DNA of 63,575 nucleotides, filler included, from Diploschistes diacapsis (lineage: Eukaryota), in NCBI GenBank assembly GCA_023645945.1. It is 22 parts of 22 records of this genome, joined end to end, with 100 filler letters (N's around TTAATTAATTAA, not from the genome) between each part and the next. Parts side by side here need not be neighbours in the genome. Positions count along the whole stretch, not along the records: positions 19,357 to 38,608 come from JALAIB010000379.1; positions 38,709 to 39,860 come from JALAIB010003791.1; positions 39,961 to 41,111 come from JALAIB010003792.1; positions 41,212 to 42,362 come from JALAIB010003793.1; positions 42,463 to 43,612 come from JALAIB010003794.1; positions 43,713 to 44,862 come from JALAIB010003795.1; positions 44,963 to 46,112 come from JALAIB010003796.1; positions 46,213 to 47,362 come from JALAIB010003797.1; 14 more parts are not named here. One strand, 5' to 3'. Each line of letters begins with the position of its first letter. Position 1 is the first letter of the stretch. The notes below the pieces were generated by a model, which saw only the letters and a program-made list of their open reading frames with translations, had not been told where the DNA came from and made no database searches. This document shows, piece by piece, positions 36,827 through 49,180 of the stretch. The position numbers and the translations under genes are program-made.

Positions 36827-38340
36827 CTACTTCAACAGCACCTTGCAGCCTTCTGCGCTCGAGACAACCAGCGTGATGTTCTGCCGCTCCTCTCCAGTCG
36901 GCACTGTTTCGAGACTCGGAGGCAATCCGATATTAGGAAATGTCTGCAGGATCCGTATAATCACATAGGATGCCTCCGAAAGTGCAAAGTCCTCTGCGTT
37001 GTCTGCGTTAGCGAGCGAGCACCGATCGTAGGGCAGACCTACTGCCTAGGCATACTCTGGGCCCCCCGTGGAAGTCGAGATAGCCGAATCCGATCTTGTC
37101 TAATTCCGGCCCTTCCCATCTCTCTGGCCGGAATTCATTGGCGTCCTCGCCGTACAGGCTCATCTGGCGGTGCATGTGATAGACAGAGATGCCGATGCCT
37201 GTGCCCTTCTGAATCATGACTGGGGAGTTGCCATCGGGACCTCCGCCGCTGGGTAGCAAGGTGGTCTTATTTGCAAAACGGACATTGACGGGCAGCTGTG
37301 GATAGAGCGGTAGTGTCTCTTTCAGCACAACATCGCAAGTAGGTCATCCGTGAGAGATGAACCCTTGTGATGTGTTTCTCGTCCCCGGCGATTTCTAAGA
37401 TCTCCTCTCGCAGCCGGTTGAGGGCAGATGGGTGCCGGACCAGTAGAAACATGGTCCAGGACATAAGGCAAGCTGTCGTGTCCCTACCAGCAATCAGGAT
37501 GCGCATAAGTTGATCCCGAACAAGGGCGGCGTGATTGAGCTCCTCGTGGAGATCTAAGATGAATGTATGTAAGTCTGAAGAGGCTTTCGACTCTTTCTCT
37601 TGTAGCGCCTGTTGGACGAAGTGATCGGCGTACAATTTGACCGTCTTGCAAGCTTCGTTGTATTTAGTGGGACTGTACAGCCAGCAGAAATCAGCTAGAC
37701 GGATCCGGATTGCAGTAATGTAGGAGGCATAATCAAAACTTTGTTGAAAAGCATCACTCTGGTCTTTGCGGAGGTTTGACACCGGCATGCCAAAGATAAG
37801 AGCTGTAGTGGTCGATAGAGTGAAGGCGAAAAGGGCTGGCTGAAGGTCTACTACAGCATCGGCGCGTGTAGCCAGCTTTTCTATAAGCTCATCGACATGC
37901 TCATCGAATACTCGAAGATTCTGGTAGTGCATGCGTACAAATTGCCGTCGCAGCATTTCCCTTGATTTCTTCCATGCAGGGCCATCCTGCGTAAAAATCC
38001 CTTCACCAAGAAGCGGGTATAATCCGACAGATCGCGAGCCTAACTCGAAGTTCTCGAAACGTGATGATAGTATGGCCTCGACGTTCTTTGGATCTATAGT
38101 CACGTAGCCAGCTGCGCCGAATAGGGAGAATCTCATGTTAGGACCCACGCGATCAAAGAATTGGGACTGAAACTTCAGCAGTCTCTGGCTTGGAAGGGCC
38201 TGCCATTGCTTCCACAAAAGGTCAAGGGCAAGTGGCCACCGGTAGGGAAGTATGGGTTCCATCGGTCGACAGCCATGGCGCTCCGCAAATGCTTTGTTTG
38301 CCTATCTTTGCATATCAATTACCGTACATATCGCATGTGA
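36827..38340 (-). pseudogene. Cytochrome P450 (CYP52-clan-like, alkane/fatty-acid hydroxylase type), disrupted
   Basis: PLLGEGIFTQDG, AGRDTTA I-helix, FRPERW, FHGGPRVCLG heme motif, then an intron and KDFALSEASY...GCKVLLK*; +1 frameshift near 37329; ExxR reads ETLP; in-frame TAG upstream of ANKAFAERHGC. Confidence 0.85.
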
Positions 38341-38937
38341 GATTACATACTAGGTATTCTGCTCGGCCTTTTATAAAGCTGCGGGCCAGGTAAGCGGGCA
38401 AGTCTTATTCTGCCTACTGTACACATAAATTACATGATAAGTACCATGGTTCTTAAGATACTTTCTCAGTCATACTAATTTGTATGCAGCCACAAGTATC
38501 TGTGAAACTAGCGTTCCCTCCAGCCACATTTGTTTATTTAACGATCGATTACATGCTTTTTTTCTTGTTTTTGATCTTAACTTTCTAATTTTTTTTAGAT
38601 GCGATGGANNNNNNNNNNNNNNNNNNNNNNNNNNNNNNNNNNNNNNNNNNNNTTAATTAATTAANNNNNNNNNNNNNNNNNNNNNNNNNNNNNNNNNNNN
38701 NNNNNNNNATAAAACGATATCGATTATTACGACGATTATATTCTTTTATAGAATTTAAGAACGTATTTAATTAAAAATAACGTTAAAAGAGATTTAAAAA
38801 ATCGAAAACATTTATTACGAAAAAACAACGGGTATTTTTTTAAATAAATTAGAAAAAGGGATGAAAATCGAAGTAAAGATTGACTAAAAAAGAACATCGC
38901 GCTTGTAAGAAACACAAACATCTAGAAAAGGAAGTAA

Positions 38938-39304
38938 TAAGATAACTTAATTTAGGGACTTATTAAGCTGGGCCTGCCAAGCCACGGCAGGGTCAATGCC
39001 TAGATGCTTACCAAGCCACGGCAGAGTCAATGCCTAGGTGCTTGCCAAGCTACGGCAGGGTTAATGCCCAAATGCTTGCCAAGATACGGCAGGATCAGGA
39101 AATGGTTGTATAAATGAGTAATCCCCGAACCCCGGTAAACTAACACCCACACTACTTAACGGTGCCCTCCTCCCACCTAAATAGTTTCTTCTTCAGCTTT
39201 TCGAATCGAGACCTTTTACCTACAGATGCCCAAGCTATACCTAATCCTTCCGGATCAGGCCCAGCCCCCGGTAGAGTAGCATCCTTTCCTGCGCTGGCGT
39301 TTCA
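38938..39304 (+). mobile_element. LTR family A (3' LTR of Gypsy-like element) with internal 34-bp tandem repeats, RIP-mutated
   Basis: Homologous to 60331-60752; ends GTTTCA; purine tract AGAAAAGGAAGTAA upstream; 3+ units of GCCAAGCCACGGCAGGGTYAATGCCYARRTGCTT. Confidence 0.75.
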
Positions 39305-39961
39305 TCGGTTAAGCGTGCCCGGGTCTTTTGCTTTTTATTTAGCAATTATTTTAGTTCGTTTCTTTTATCTAAATCTTTCTCGAATTATTATTAAAACCGT
39401 TGAATCTTTCGTTCGTTTTATTAATTCGTTTTTTCTACGATTATCACGTAAATGCGAATTAATTTTATTAATTTAATTAATTCTTTTTTCGTTCGTTAAT
39501 AAATCTTTTTTGCTCGTTTTTACGATTATAGATCTATTACGTTCTCGGTAATTACGTTTTAGTTAACCGGTTCTTTTATTGGGTTTTTAAATAAGAATCT
39601 TTTTCGTTTAATATTATCGCGGGGGTTTAATTGGGCGCGTCCCGGTATTAATTTTTTATTAACGTTGAATCCTTCGAAGGTCTCTGGCGTTAATAATTAT
39701 AACGCGGGATATTTTATAGATTATTTTTTAATTAACGATTTATTTATTGAATTATATTCTTCAACCGATGGCATCTCGGTTAATTCTTTAAAAGACGGAA
39801 GTATGATCGATTCTTTCTTTTTTTTTAATCCTTTTTATTAGCGGGAGTTATTATTTATAANNNNNNNNNNNNNNNNNNNNNNNNNNNNNNNNNNNNNNNN
39901 NNNNTTAATTAATTAANNNNNNNNNNNNNNNNNNNNNNNNNNNNNNNNNNNNNNNNNNNNG

Positions 39962-40267
39962 CTTGAAAGTGAGGGTGAGGGTGGGGGAGAGTACAGCGAT
40001 ACTGTGGAGGTGAAGTCTGCGGGTGAAGACTATGGGGAAAGGGAGAGGTGCGACCGGAACGATAGCGAGATATTAATGAGAGCGTCTGCTGATGAAGAGG
40101 ATAGAATTGAAGAGATGAGTGAGGCGGATGATAGCGACATAGTGATGGCGGAGTCCGCATACGAAGCTGGGGTAAGAGAGGAAGACCTCTTGCGGGCGAA
40201 TTGTGCCAAACAAGAGCATGAAACTTCAGGTAGAAAGGGAAAAGGCAAACGAAAAAGAACTGCGTAG
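39962..40267 (+). CDS. 3' fragment of an acidic protein ending in a basic NLS-like tail
   Basis: Open from the contig edge; D/E-rich; ends SGRKGKGKRKRTA*. Confidence 0.5.
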   Translation, partial: LESEGEGGGEYSDTVEVKSAGEDYGERERCDRNDSEILMRASADEEDRIEEMSEADDSDIVMAESAYEAGVREEDLLRANCAKQEHETSGRKGKGKRKRTA

Positions 40268-40742
40268 TTTAATGAAGACATGCTAGATTGAGGTGTCGTG
40301 TACCTTATCATGGCTTCGATACACGGTTGCCAGAATAGCACACATGTACAAAGCCCTCCTCAGCCGTGAAATTACTCACTCTGCATCCTCAAGGTATGGA
40401 GCCTGATGAAGGACGTAGAAAATACTCAGGACTACTGAATTCACTCTCGGGCCTTATCGCGGCCTTTTAATCCGCAAGTGAAAAGCACATATTGTCCGCA
40501 ATTCGTAAAACTGATGATAGGTAAAGTGAGCTTTGAACACGGGCTGTACGTCATTAGCTCGCATCGCAGAATGGCCAAAAAAAATCCCTACCAATCAACC
40601 GGTCAGAATTCCAACCTCATCAAGAGGTATTTCTATACAGGAAAACGTCTACTAGCTCAGAAGCGCAATTCCCACGTCAGCAAATTCCGAACTAGAACTT
40701 TTACACCGTCTATATAGAACCAACATTCGGCACACAATTTCC

Positions 40743-41111
40743 ATGGCGGGCCCCTCCCGTCGGCAGGGCACCGACGTCTCCCTCTCCGACAAATGCTGCA
40801 TCTGGTACCCCCTTTCCCCGCCTCTCTGAATGCCACAATCTCCCAAAAAAACCCATCGCTTACCCCAACTAACCCCCACTCCCAGCTACACAACCCCGAA
40901 ATACCGCTGCCCCCGTTGCTCAGCCCGCACATGCTCGCTCGCCTGCAGCAAGGCGCACAAGTCCCGCGCGCTGTGCTCCGGGGTGCGCAATCCCGCGGCT
41001 TATCTAAAACGGAACGAGATCGCGACGCCGGAGGGGTTCGATCGGGATTTTAACTTTCTGAGCGGGTTGGAAGTGAAGATGAGGGGGGCGCGGAAGGAGG
41101 TGAGGGGACGG
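40743..41111 (+). CDS. BCD1: Box C/D snoRNA assembly protein Bcd1 (zf-HIT), 5' partial; intron 40805-40885
   Basis: Spliced: LSDKCCICYTTPKYRCPRCSARTCSLACSKAHK...CSGVRNPAAY...FDRDFNFL. Confidence 0.85.
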
Positions 41112-41211
41112 NNNNNNNNNNNNNNNNNNNNNNNNNNNNNNNNNNNNNNNNNNNNTTAATTAATTAANNNNNNNNNNNNNNNNNNNNNNNNNNNNNNNNN
41201 NNNNNNNNNNN

Positions 41212-41780
41212 GAATAAATTTAAATCGAATTGATTCGAGGTTAAAAGAAGGCTATAAAATGGAGGTAAAAGGGTCCGATAAATCGAATAAAGCTTATTAA
41301 ACACGGTTATAAGATTAATAAAAAGTTTAATTAAACGTTACGAGCCGTTCTAAAATTAATTAACCCGATTCGACGTTATTCGAATCGAATAACCCGTATG
41401 TTTAAATTAACGTATATTAAATTCATAACGCTTCGTAAAGAAAACCGAAAACAAAAAACGTTTCTTAATAATCGTAAAAAACGTAAATTAAATAAACGAA
41501 TCGAATTAAAAGATCGTTTTATGTTTAATATAGACGAAGTTCTTAAAATAATAATTCGGGTTAAATCGAATTAAATAATTTTAAAACGATCTGTAACGCG
41601 TAAAAAACGTCGTCGCATTTCTGAAATCGAGGAAGATAAAGAGGAAAAAAATAGATTCGATTTAAATCGATTAAATTCTAATTGCGACGAATAGGTTATA
41701 TCTAAAAATCGTAGAATGTTAGCGGTAGTGATTTGAGGTGGCCGGACTCTGGGGGTGGCCGGACTCACCGTCAAACACGT
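41212..41780 (+). mobile_element. 3' end of a Fot1/Pogo-like DNA transposon (RIP-mutated transposase tail plus TIR 41728-41780), followed by TA
   Basis: TIR (reverse complement) ACGTGTTTGACGGTGAGTCCGGCCACCCCCAGAGTCCGGCCACCTCAAATCAC with doubled CCGGCCACC; related TIRs at 49816 and 52208. Confidence 0.75.
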
Positions 41781-41782
41781 TA

Positions 41783-41918
41783 CTATTATATAATTAGATT
41801 CGACCTTCGATTAACTTAACAAAGACCTTTATTTTATTCGTATCTAAAAAGGATGATTCTTTGCGATTATGTATAGACTACCGAAGTTTAAATAAAATAA
41901 TAAAAAAGAATAGATATC
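41783..41918 (+). mobile_element. Gypsy reverse-transcriptase relic
   Basis: Translates [29 protein letters not shown] (family consensus pattern [20 protein letters not shown]). Confidence 0.85.
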
Positions 41919-42122
41919 TGTTGAGCAGGCAGGCAGAATGCATGGCTGGGAAGTTCAGCTGAACCTCAGGTTCAGGTTCAGTTCAGCTGAACCTACTGGG
42001 GTTCCTGCTAATCCTAATCGGGAGTAGTGCAAGTCTATAAGGCTTAATGGATCCTATTGATATAAGAGCTTACATATAGACTATTCCTTCTAATTAAATC
42101 TCTAGATATCTAGATTTTAATA
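41919..42122 (+). mobile_element. LTR family B (~205-220 bp, TGTTGA...TCAACA type) with GTTCAGCTGAAC repeats
   Basis: Inverted homolog at 48113-48330 and partial copy at 52037-52171. Confidence 0.65.
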
Positions 42123-42220
42123 CATGCGTTATTTAAAAGATTATAAACCCGAATTAGTTTATTATCCCGTCGCGTTTATATATTGAAAGTAATATTTCCG
42201 GGCAAATATTATCGTTACGA

Positions 42221-42355
42221 CTACGGGATCTAGTCAAACGAAGCCGTATTAATATTGTTTATATACCTATAGATAAGATAATTGCCGACGGATTAACGAA
42301 ATTACTAAATTACGCTAAGCACGACATGTTTATTAAAAAACTTGGATTAGTATAG
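42221..42355 (+). mobile_element. Copia RNase H C-terminal relic
   Basis: LRDLVKRSRINIVYIPIDKIIADGLTKLL (ADxLTK motif). Confidence 0.8.
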
Positions 42356-43721
42356 AAGGTATNNNNNNNNNNNNNNNNNNNNNNNNNNNNNNNNNNNNNN
42401 NNNNNNTTAATTAATTAANNNNNNNNNNNNNNNNNNNNNNNNNNNNNNNNNNNNNNNNNNNNGTTTACGTAACGTAACGGATTTATAACGTAATTATAAA
42501 TAAATATAATATATTTATTTCTCGTGAATTATTAATTATTATAAGTCATTCTTGATATTCAGTTACGAATAACCCTCAGTATTTAAATAAAAGTTAAAAT
42601 CGAATATATCCTATAACGTTAGCAATATGCTCGCTCAATACGGTTTTTTTACGGGTTATTTACGATTCGTCCTTCATTTCGATAGTTAAAAATATAATCT
42701 AAATCTTTAGATTTATTACCTCTATAATTAAATCATAGATTCTTTTTTATTCTAATCATCTTTCTCGTTTTCTCTTAAGATAAGCGATATGTTCCCGATT
42801 AACTTACGGAAAATCTACGTTCAATAAATATTCTTCGTCGATAATGGAATTTTCTTTTTCGCTTGATTTATGAATTTCGACGGCGACGCGTTTATCTTTA
42901 AAGATTGTTTTTTTTTCGCGAAATTTTTACAGTTACTAACCGTAATGACTCCGTTAATATCTCGTAATATATTAATAACTCCCGACGAGATGAAATAACG
43001 GTATCTGTCTAATCTACGGCTATTAACCTTTTCAAAGTTTATCGCTTTATGCGCGGTTTTTTAATATCTCGGAATGCAATCGCGGCCTTTCGCTTTCCTT
43101 TCGCTATTCTACCGGACCACTATTCCACTAAAGAAGAAAAAATTAGAACTATAAAGGATGATATATAGTAATATAATGATAATAATTATATTATTCATGA
43201 ACTAATCTTTAGAAAAGAAAGTAGGAAACTGCTCCCGTAAAACTCCTCTTATATGGGCCCGCGGCCTTGGCGCGGCACTAGCGCAGATGTCTCGCTTATG
43301 CCGAGGACTGTCACAGGTATCCGTTACATATATTCATTAACATTTCTTTAAAAAATTACTAGAAAATAACGTTAATAATAAACTTTTTATATAAGATATA
43401 TATTAATATTTCGTGTCTTGCGAATTCGTACTTAGAATCTTTCCATTTATTAATAAAGCCGTGGTCGGGATATCTTCGATCGTTAATAATAAAGTCTTTT
43501 ATCGAACATACTCTAATTTCTTAATAATAATATTACCAATACGAAACATTTACGTTATATTTTTATTTAAACTACTGCTTAAAGATCTTCGTATATTTAA
43601 TTTAACGTTAGGNNNNNNNNNNNNNNNNNNNNNNNNNNNNNNNNNNNNNNNNNNNNTTAATTAATTAANNNNNNNNNNNNNNNNNNNNNNNNNNNNNNNN
43701 NNNNNNNNNNNNCCCCACCAG

Positions 43722-44862
43722 ACTCCACACGCACTCCCTACCGCCACCCCACGGCTCGCTCCTGACCCTCCGCACGCTCGCCACGCCGCTTAACCCCGCC
43801 GACGTCAACCAAATCCAAGGCACCTACGCCTCGCTCCCGGCCTTCACGTCCGCCCTGGGCACGCCCTCGCCCTCGGCCGTGCCGGGCAACGAAGGGGTCT
43901 TCGAGGTCGTCGCCGCCGGCTCGGGCGCAAGCTCGGTGCGAAGAGGCGACTGGGTGATACCGCGGCGCACGGGGCTGGGGACGTGGCGCACGCACCTGCA
44001 GGTCGCCGAGGCGGAAGTGATCAGGGTGGACGGGGCGGGGCTGGCGGCGGCGGACGTGGCGGGCGTGAGCGTGAATCCGGTGACGGCGTGGCGGATGCTG
44101 GTGGATTTCGTGCCGTCGTTGGTGGCGTCGCCAGAAGCGGGGACGGGCCCGGAAGCAGGGGGCGGAAACACAGATGCGAATGCAAATGCGAGCGCAAGCG
44201 CAAGCGCAAGCAGCGCTGGAAGCGAAAGCGCCGGCGGAGACCGAGGCAGGGCCTGGTTCGTGCAGAACGGCGCCAACTCCGGCGTCGGCCGCGCGGCCCT
44301 GCAGCTCGCGCGGAAATGGCGCATCCCCAACGTCGCCGTCGTCCGCGCGCGGAGCACGCACGCCGAGACGGCGGCCTTGAGCGCCGAGCTGCGCCGCCTG
44401 GGCGCCACCTACGTCGTCACCGAGGCCGAGGCGCAGTCCAAGGGCTTCGACCTTCCCGCCCGCGTCCGCGGGTGGACCTCGCACTCTGCCCGAACCGGCG
44501 GAGGCGGAGGAGGGGGAGAGGGAGCGGTGAGGCTGGCGCTCAACTGCGTCGGCGGCAGACCCGCCCTCGCCCTCGCCAAGCTCCTCGCGCCCGGGGGCAC
44601 CATGGTCACGTACGGCGCCATGGCGAAGCAGCCGCTCACCGTCCCCGCGAGCATGCTGATCTTCAAGGACCTGCGGTTCGCGGGCTTCTGGGTGAGCAGG
44701 TGGGCGGATGCCAATCCCGTGGAGAAGAGGAGGGTCGTGGACGAGGTGCTGGGCATGGTCAGGCGGGGCGAATTCGCCATGGGCCCGAGGGTGGAGGTAC
44801 CCTGGAGATCGGAGACGGGGAGGGAGGAGTTGGTGGCCGCGGTGCAGGGCACGTTGGAGGGG
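43722..44862 (+). CDS. ETR1: Mitochondrial trans-2-enoyl-thioester reductase (MECR/Etr1, MDR family), internal fragment
   Basis: PLNPADVNQIQGTY, VPGNEG, GLGTWRT, SVNPVTAWRML, QNGANSGVG, LALNCVGG, VTYGAMAKQP, IFKDLRFAGFWV. Confidence 0.92.
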
Positions 44863-44962
44863 NNNNNNNNNNNNNNNNNNNNNNNNNNNNNNNNNNNNNN
44901 NNNNNNTTAATTAATTAANNNNNNNNNNNNNNNNNNNNNNNNNNNNNNNNNNNNNNNNNNNN

Positions 44963-45387
44963 CGAATAAAATTAAAATAAATTTAATCTTTATTAAAAAA
45001 GAAATATGATAAAAGAAAAAAATAGAATAATTATAAATCTTAAACTATCTTTAAAAAAAAGATTTTTTAAACGATAAAAATAACGAATATAAATTAATCC
45101 CGAACAATCGTTAAAGATATTTATAAAAATAAACACGTCTTTTTTCACGAAGGTAAAATCGTGTTTATATATAATTAACTCGCTCGCCGTGTACCGTAAA
45201 TTTAACGAACGGTACCCTCGAGATTCGCCGTTTATAAAAATAAGCGCGATCATCGAACAGTAACGAAAACCCGCTCACCGCTCACGAGAATGAGCGCGAG
45301 CAGTGAGCGTATCACGTGACCCCTGGTCCCGTAACTGATCTATATATAAAGCTAGGACGTGCCAAGTCTGGTACTTGGATCGTAACA
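44963..45387 (-). mobile_element. LTR family C, partial copy
   Basis: Begins TGTTACGATCCAAGTACCAGACTTGGCACGTC on the minus strand; homologous to 52548-53002. Confidence 0.8.
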
Positions 45388-46212
45388 GTTACGTTTTAAG
45401 TTTTTATTTAATTTATTTATTTTAAGATCTTGCCAGTTGTGTCTCGAGATTCTGTTAATTTTACATTAAGATTTTATTAATAGAAATACGAATCACTTTT
45501 AATAATAATTAATAGCATACCTTTCGTATTAATATAAGGCTCTTCTTTTTTATAGCCCCTGATTTTGTTAAGAAGTTTTGTTTAAGCTGGAAGCTATTAA
45601 ATACCAATAGTATTAGTAAATGGAAGTAGCTTTAATATTATTAAGAATTTCCTTAATTATGTAAGGAAGTAACCTTTAAGCGACCGGTATCTTTTAATAT
45701 GTGAAGTAAGAATTAAGATTAAGATAGCGGTTTATTTAATAATAAATTACCTCGGATAGTTAATCGATGAGATAAAAAGAAAAAAGTTATATATTGCGGC
45801 TGGTGTCTCAGAAATAGCATATGAGGAAAAATAGGAATCTGTAAAGAAGCTTATAAGAAATTATAGATAAAAGCTACTGCGTACTAGTAATACGATTAAA
45901 AGAATTAATAAACTGTGGGGTAAGCAGCTTACGAGGTTAGTTTATCTTAGAAACATTTATGGATCCTTTAAGAACTATATAAAGGTAATAAACGTCTTTA
46001 TTATATTAATAAATAAAAACGTCGGATTAATTTAGTAATTTTTAATTAATATAATAACCGTTCGCCTAAAAGGGACGACTATTGGGATATATAAGACAAA
46101 AATACTATTAACNNNNNNNNNNNNNNNNNNNNNNNNNNNNNNNNNNNNNNNNNNNNTTAATTAATTAANNNNNNNNNNNNNNNNNNNNNNNNNNNNNNNN
46201 NNNNNNNNNNNN

Positions 46213-47050
46213 TATGTTTCTTAAATAGTCGTGTCTTTCTTGAGTTTATAATTAGCGAACTTAAGATTTAGTTAGCGACGTTTAGGTTTAATAATCGCCT
46301 GATATTTTGCCTGTAGAGAATCCTATTTAGCTTTTATAATAGGTAAATCACAAAAACGTTCTTGGTCGATCTCTTCTATATAGATTATAATCTGGTAATT
46401 TGCTTTAGATTGATCTTTTTTCTACTATTTAGATGTTTTGTCCAAAACTGAACCTGAACCGGTAAGAATAGATGATATAGAGTTATCTAGGGTAACTGTA
46501 GTAGGCGATGGTGGCTGATTATTAAGGACGTAGTCTATCTCTTTATTTTCAAGGTATATGCGTATGAGTTCGAATTATTATTGTTGGTTTTTTTTAAGAT
46601 GGAAGTAACCCGTTTTTTAGATAAGATGTCATTTATTTTATTGTTATTTTCGTAAACAAAAAATTTTTATTAAATAAATGACTCGTAGTTAGTAAATGAT
46701 TGATGAATGATATAGAAGGTGATTTTTCGTAATAGAAATGAAGGTAATCGAAAGGTTTAATAAGGTTTAATTGAACTTCGATGGTTGTTAAGTAATCGAG
46801 CAGGTTCAATAATAGTATAACTAAATATCGATGATTAACGAAGGGATCGAATAAGTTTAGTAACGAGGATAGCGGTTCGGTTGGATTTCGATAGTTAATA
46901 AATGATCGATAGGATTCAGTATGGTTCAACTGAACTTCGATATTGGCGAGGAAGAGAAGAAGATTGTTTTTCGTTGGCCTGTATAGATGATATCTAGATC
47001 CAATTATTTCTTATTTAGATTTATTTTAGGCCAGCGTATTAAGATCCCGC
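46213..47050 (-). mobile_element. Copia-like leader and gag relic
   Basis: Leader homologous to 56600-56940; RIP-mutated gag start similar to 56940-57346 and 54953-55676. Confidence 0.55.
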
Positions 47051-47362
47051 TGTTACGATCCAAGTGACTAGGTGGTAGTCCACTTGGCACTTCACAGCTG
47101 ATCGGGCCTAACCCAACCATTCCTTATATATAGTCCAATCGTGATAACATTGGTCACGTGATAAGTAGAAAGCCTTAAAAGCAATTTTACTTTCTATAAA
47201 TAGAACGAAAGAACGGTAATTTTATTTATTTATTAATTTACTTTATTAAAGAGTAATTAACTATATAAGAACGCCTTATAGCTCTTATAAATCAAGATAT
47301 ATTTATTTTTATAAATATCTTTAACGATTACTCGAGATTAATTTATATTCGTTACTCTTTAT
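47051..47362 (+). mobile_element. LTR related to family C (divergent subfamily), partial
   Basis: Starts TGTTACGATCCAAGT; shares GGTCACGTGAT and the downstream block TTTATAAATATCTTTAA..ATTACTCG.GATTAATTTATATTCGTTA. Confidence 0.65.
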
Positions 47363-47462
47363 NNNNNNNNNNNNNNNNNNNNNNNNNNNNNNNNNNNNNN
47401 NNNNNNTTAATTAATTAANNNNNNNNNNNNNNNNNNNNNNNNNNNNNNNNNNNNNNNNNNNN

Positions 47463-48092
47463 ATATATATCCTAAAAAATAATAATATTAGATCGGAGCT
47501 ATTACGGCTAACTTACGATTATAAATTATTATAACGTAAAACATACTTACGAGCTTTTAACCCGAAAATTCTATTAAGAAAACATAAAAGAATATATCAA
47601 TAAATATATCAATAATTATAATATCTATTAACGAATAAAAGTTCCCCGGTATAAATTATATAGCATATTACATTCCCTTCGGCCACCGTCCGCACTTTAA
47701 CAAGAGATCATATTAGATTTTATCACGGAATTACCCTCCAGTAAAGATGCAATAGGGGTTATAAATGCTATTCTAATAATAATAGACAGATATACCAAAA
47801 TAATAAAATATATTACCATAACTAAATCCTTAACGTCCGACGAGTTAACGACGATAATCCTACGAAACGTAATTTTAAAACATGGCGTCCTAAAAGGTAT
47901 TATATCCGATCGGGGGTTAGTCTTAACAAACTAATATTGGTTTTAATTTTGCCGTGTTATATAAGCTAGACAGCGCTGAAGCACCGTTTTCCACCCGCAA
48001 TTTAACGGATAGATAAAGCGTCAAAATCAAACGTTAAAACACTATTTCCGTGTATTTTACTGCGAAGGCCAGGATGATTAATTAAAATTATT
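47463..48092 (+). mobile_element. Gypsy integrase relic
   Basis: TYELLTRKFY*...PPSAL*QEIILDFITELP...IIDRYTK...IISDRG...STVFHPQFNG*IKRQNQTL. Confidence 0.88.
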
Positions 48093-48112
48093 GTTTGGCA
48101 ACGTAATGGATA

Positions 48113-48330
48113 TATTGAAGTCTAGAGGTCTTACCTAGGAGGTTATCCTACTTTACAGATTTTTATCTTCGTGGGATACGTTAAGTTTTATTACCTACAC
48201 TATTCCTTATTCGGTCTAGTTGAAATTTTAGAAAGTTTAGCTGAACTGAACTTTAGAGTTCAGCCGAACTGAACTTTCTTTTAAAACTTAGTTGTATTCC
48301 TAGCTATACCTTCTATCTGTCTACTCAATA
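48113..48330 (-). mobile_element. LTR family B copy
   Basis: Reverse-complement homology to both ends of 41919-42122. Confidence 0.65.
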
Positions 48331-48772
48331 TTTTTTCATAAACGGAATCATCCTGTATGTCTATATAGTTTAATTAAATATCTTTTGAACTAAACCGAGT
48401 CTTTTAATAGAAGCGTCGTGCTTCGAGTAGTTTAGTAATTTTATAAACTTATTAGCAACCATTTTATCGATAAAAACATAAGATACCTTAATGCGTCCTT
48501 ACTTAACAAGATCTCGTATGTGATAATAAATAATATTAACGTGTTTTGAACGGTCGTTAATTTTCACGTATTTTATTAAGTCTAAAGAACCAATATTATC
48601 GCTGACTAAATTNNNNNNNNNNNNNNNNNNNNNNNNNNNNNNNNNNNNNNNNNNNNTTAATTAATTAANNNNNNNNNNNNNNNNNNNNNNNNNNNNNNNN
48701 NNNNNNNNNNNNAATTAAACTAACGTGAAATATACCTATAAAAAACCTCTCACCCTCCATCGTTCTTAGTTA

Positions 48773-49028
48773 TAGGCTGGCCGTCACTAACACTGACACG
48801 GACACTGACAGTATCAGTATCAGTATTTTAGATTTTTTAGCTGCGGTATTCGTGTTCGTGGATTTACCGAAATACAGTGTCCGTATGAATGTTAATATTT
48901 TAAAATTTTAATTACGGTGTCCGTGTCCGTGCTTTTATTATAATATAATATCCGTATTAGTGTCCGTGCCGAGAAAATTTTTACTGCGGTGTCCGTGTCA
49001 GTGACCGTGGCACGAAACGGCCAGCCTA
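48773..49028. mobile_element. Complete 256-bp non-autonomous hAT element (MITE)
   Basis: Perfect 12-bp TIR TAGGCTGGCCGT; 8-bp TSD CTTAGTTA at 48765-48772 and 49029-49036; subterminal ACACGG/CCGTGT repeats. Confidence 0.9.
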
Positions 49029-49180
49029 CTTAGTTATAACCTTCAATCTCTTCAATATATTATTACTGAACAATAGTCAGCTACCAAACTAGGCAGGCTA
49101 GAAATATTCCTAATTAGGACTAGCTGTAGAATACATTTTTAATTATTAGTTATCTATTAAAACTTCCACCACTTTCAACA

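Noticed and set aside
33919..38340. Functional secondary-metabolite cluster (decarboxylase plus P450)
   Set aside because: Both enzymes are pseudogenes and no backbone synthase is visible before the contig ends
42463..43612. AT-rich contig with a GC patch ending TGTCACA (possible LTR start on the minus strand near 43315)
   Set aside because: Probably a TE relic, but there is no second copy, TSD or readable protein motif in the window to define it
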